Source: Toensbergia leucococca (Eukaryota). From it: 64,000 bases of DNA. The notes beneath the pieces are model-generated. The model did no database searches, was not told the origin of the DNA, and worked only from the letters and a program-made list of their open reading frames with translations. Each line of letters starts with the position of its first letter. Positions within the stretch are counted from its first letter, which is position 1. This document shows positions 63,143 through 64,000 of the stretch, one piece after another. A program made the position numbers and the translations under genes. The stretch spans positions 124,001 through 188,000 of the forward strand of contig JALDZS010000010.1 of the NCBI GenBank assembly GCA_022813965.1, given 5' to 3'.

Positions 63143-64000
63143 GAGGGGGGCAGATGAGGGGTTGTGAAGGGGGGGGTTGAAGGGGTAAGGGTGTGAGGAG
63201 GGTGTGAGGGGTGTGAGGAAGGTGAAAGGGGGGGAGAAGAGGAAGTGAAGGAGGAGGAGGGGAAGAGGATTGGGAGGGAAGGGGAGAAGTTTGATAGTTC
63301 TTGCGCACTTGTTAAGCCTTCTTTTTCACGTGAAGCAAAAGCCGGCAGAGGGGCTTGCTTCTTTTTTTTTTTTTTTGTGGGAGGGGGGCTGATTTTTGAG
63401 GGATTTGAGGGATTTTGCGGAGGGGGATTTGTTGGTTGTTGGTGGTGGTGGGATGCAGGGTTTGGGGATTGGGGATAGGGGGGAGGGAGGAGGGAAGGGG
63501 GAAGGGGGAAGGGGGGTGTGGGTTTTTAGGGGTGAAGGGGTAGAGTAGAGGGATGGGACTTCGCTAGGGGGGGGTGAGGGGGAGTTGAAGGGAGAGGGGA
63601 GGTTGATGGAGTGAGAGATACATTTGTGCCTAAGGGAACTTGAGGTGAAAGAATTGAGGCTTTTATTGAATTGAATTGAATTGTGGGGTTTTTGATGGGG
63701 TGGGGATTCTCTTGTGAAGAGTGCGGAGCTGAGTGAGTGGGTGAGTGAATAGGTGAGAACAGCTGATGAAGGTCTTCATAATATAGAAAACCAAACTTTG
63801 CTTACCTGTCTCCTGTGAATGCGGTTTCGGATTTCTGTCTTTCTCTTCGGTTCGCATAAGTCATTGATGGAGCTTTCGTGCGTTTGGTTGTTTGCGGTAT
63901 TGGCTGTTTAGCTGTTTTACTTTTTCTCTCCTCTTTTGGCAGAAAGTATCTCGACCATGTGAATGTTGCGAGGTGGTCCATCCATCAGTTGAGAAAGTGG

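Noticed and set aside
62580..64000. G-rich terminal region resembling a telomere or G-quadruplex array
   Set aside because: There is no tandem TTAGGG. It is irregular low-complexity DNA like other patches in the window.

Overview
Intron-containing genomic DNA from a filamentous ascomycete (Pezizomycotina; GT-AG introns with CTAAC/CTGAC branch sites). The first 22 kb is mostly conserved housekeeping genes: Icp55-like aminopeptidase, sirtuin, PEP carboxykinase, PAN2, URA5, an aldo-keto reductase, a DUF2011-like gene and a Zn2Cys6 factor. It also holds one odd HeLo-like/pseudo-phosphatase/KH fusion. From 22.7 to about 52 kb the region looks accessory and conflict-related. It contains a 4.1-kb C>T-hypermutated Tc1-type (DD34E) TIR transposon with two convergent genes and a head-to-head pair of a fungal gasdermin-like gene and a large CHAT (caspase-like) protease gene. 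Also present are a secreted RNase T1-like protein lacking catalytic residues, an AAA-ATPase pseudogene, a DUF3425/SDR divergent pair with a four-copy promoter motif, an RCH1-like transporter, a KP4 toxin-like gene and an F-box gene. The window ends with a GPI-type repeat glycoprotein, a FluG-like gene and a TPR-SET gene. The top candidate system is the gasdermin-CHAT locus (29.6-34.4 kb), a putative protease-activated cell-death module in which both partners end in Arg followed by an acidic tail. All family calls come from motif recognition by eye; no searches were run.
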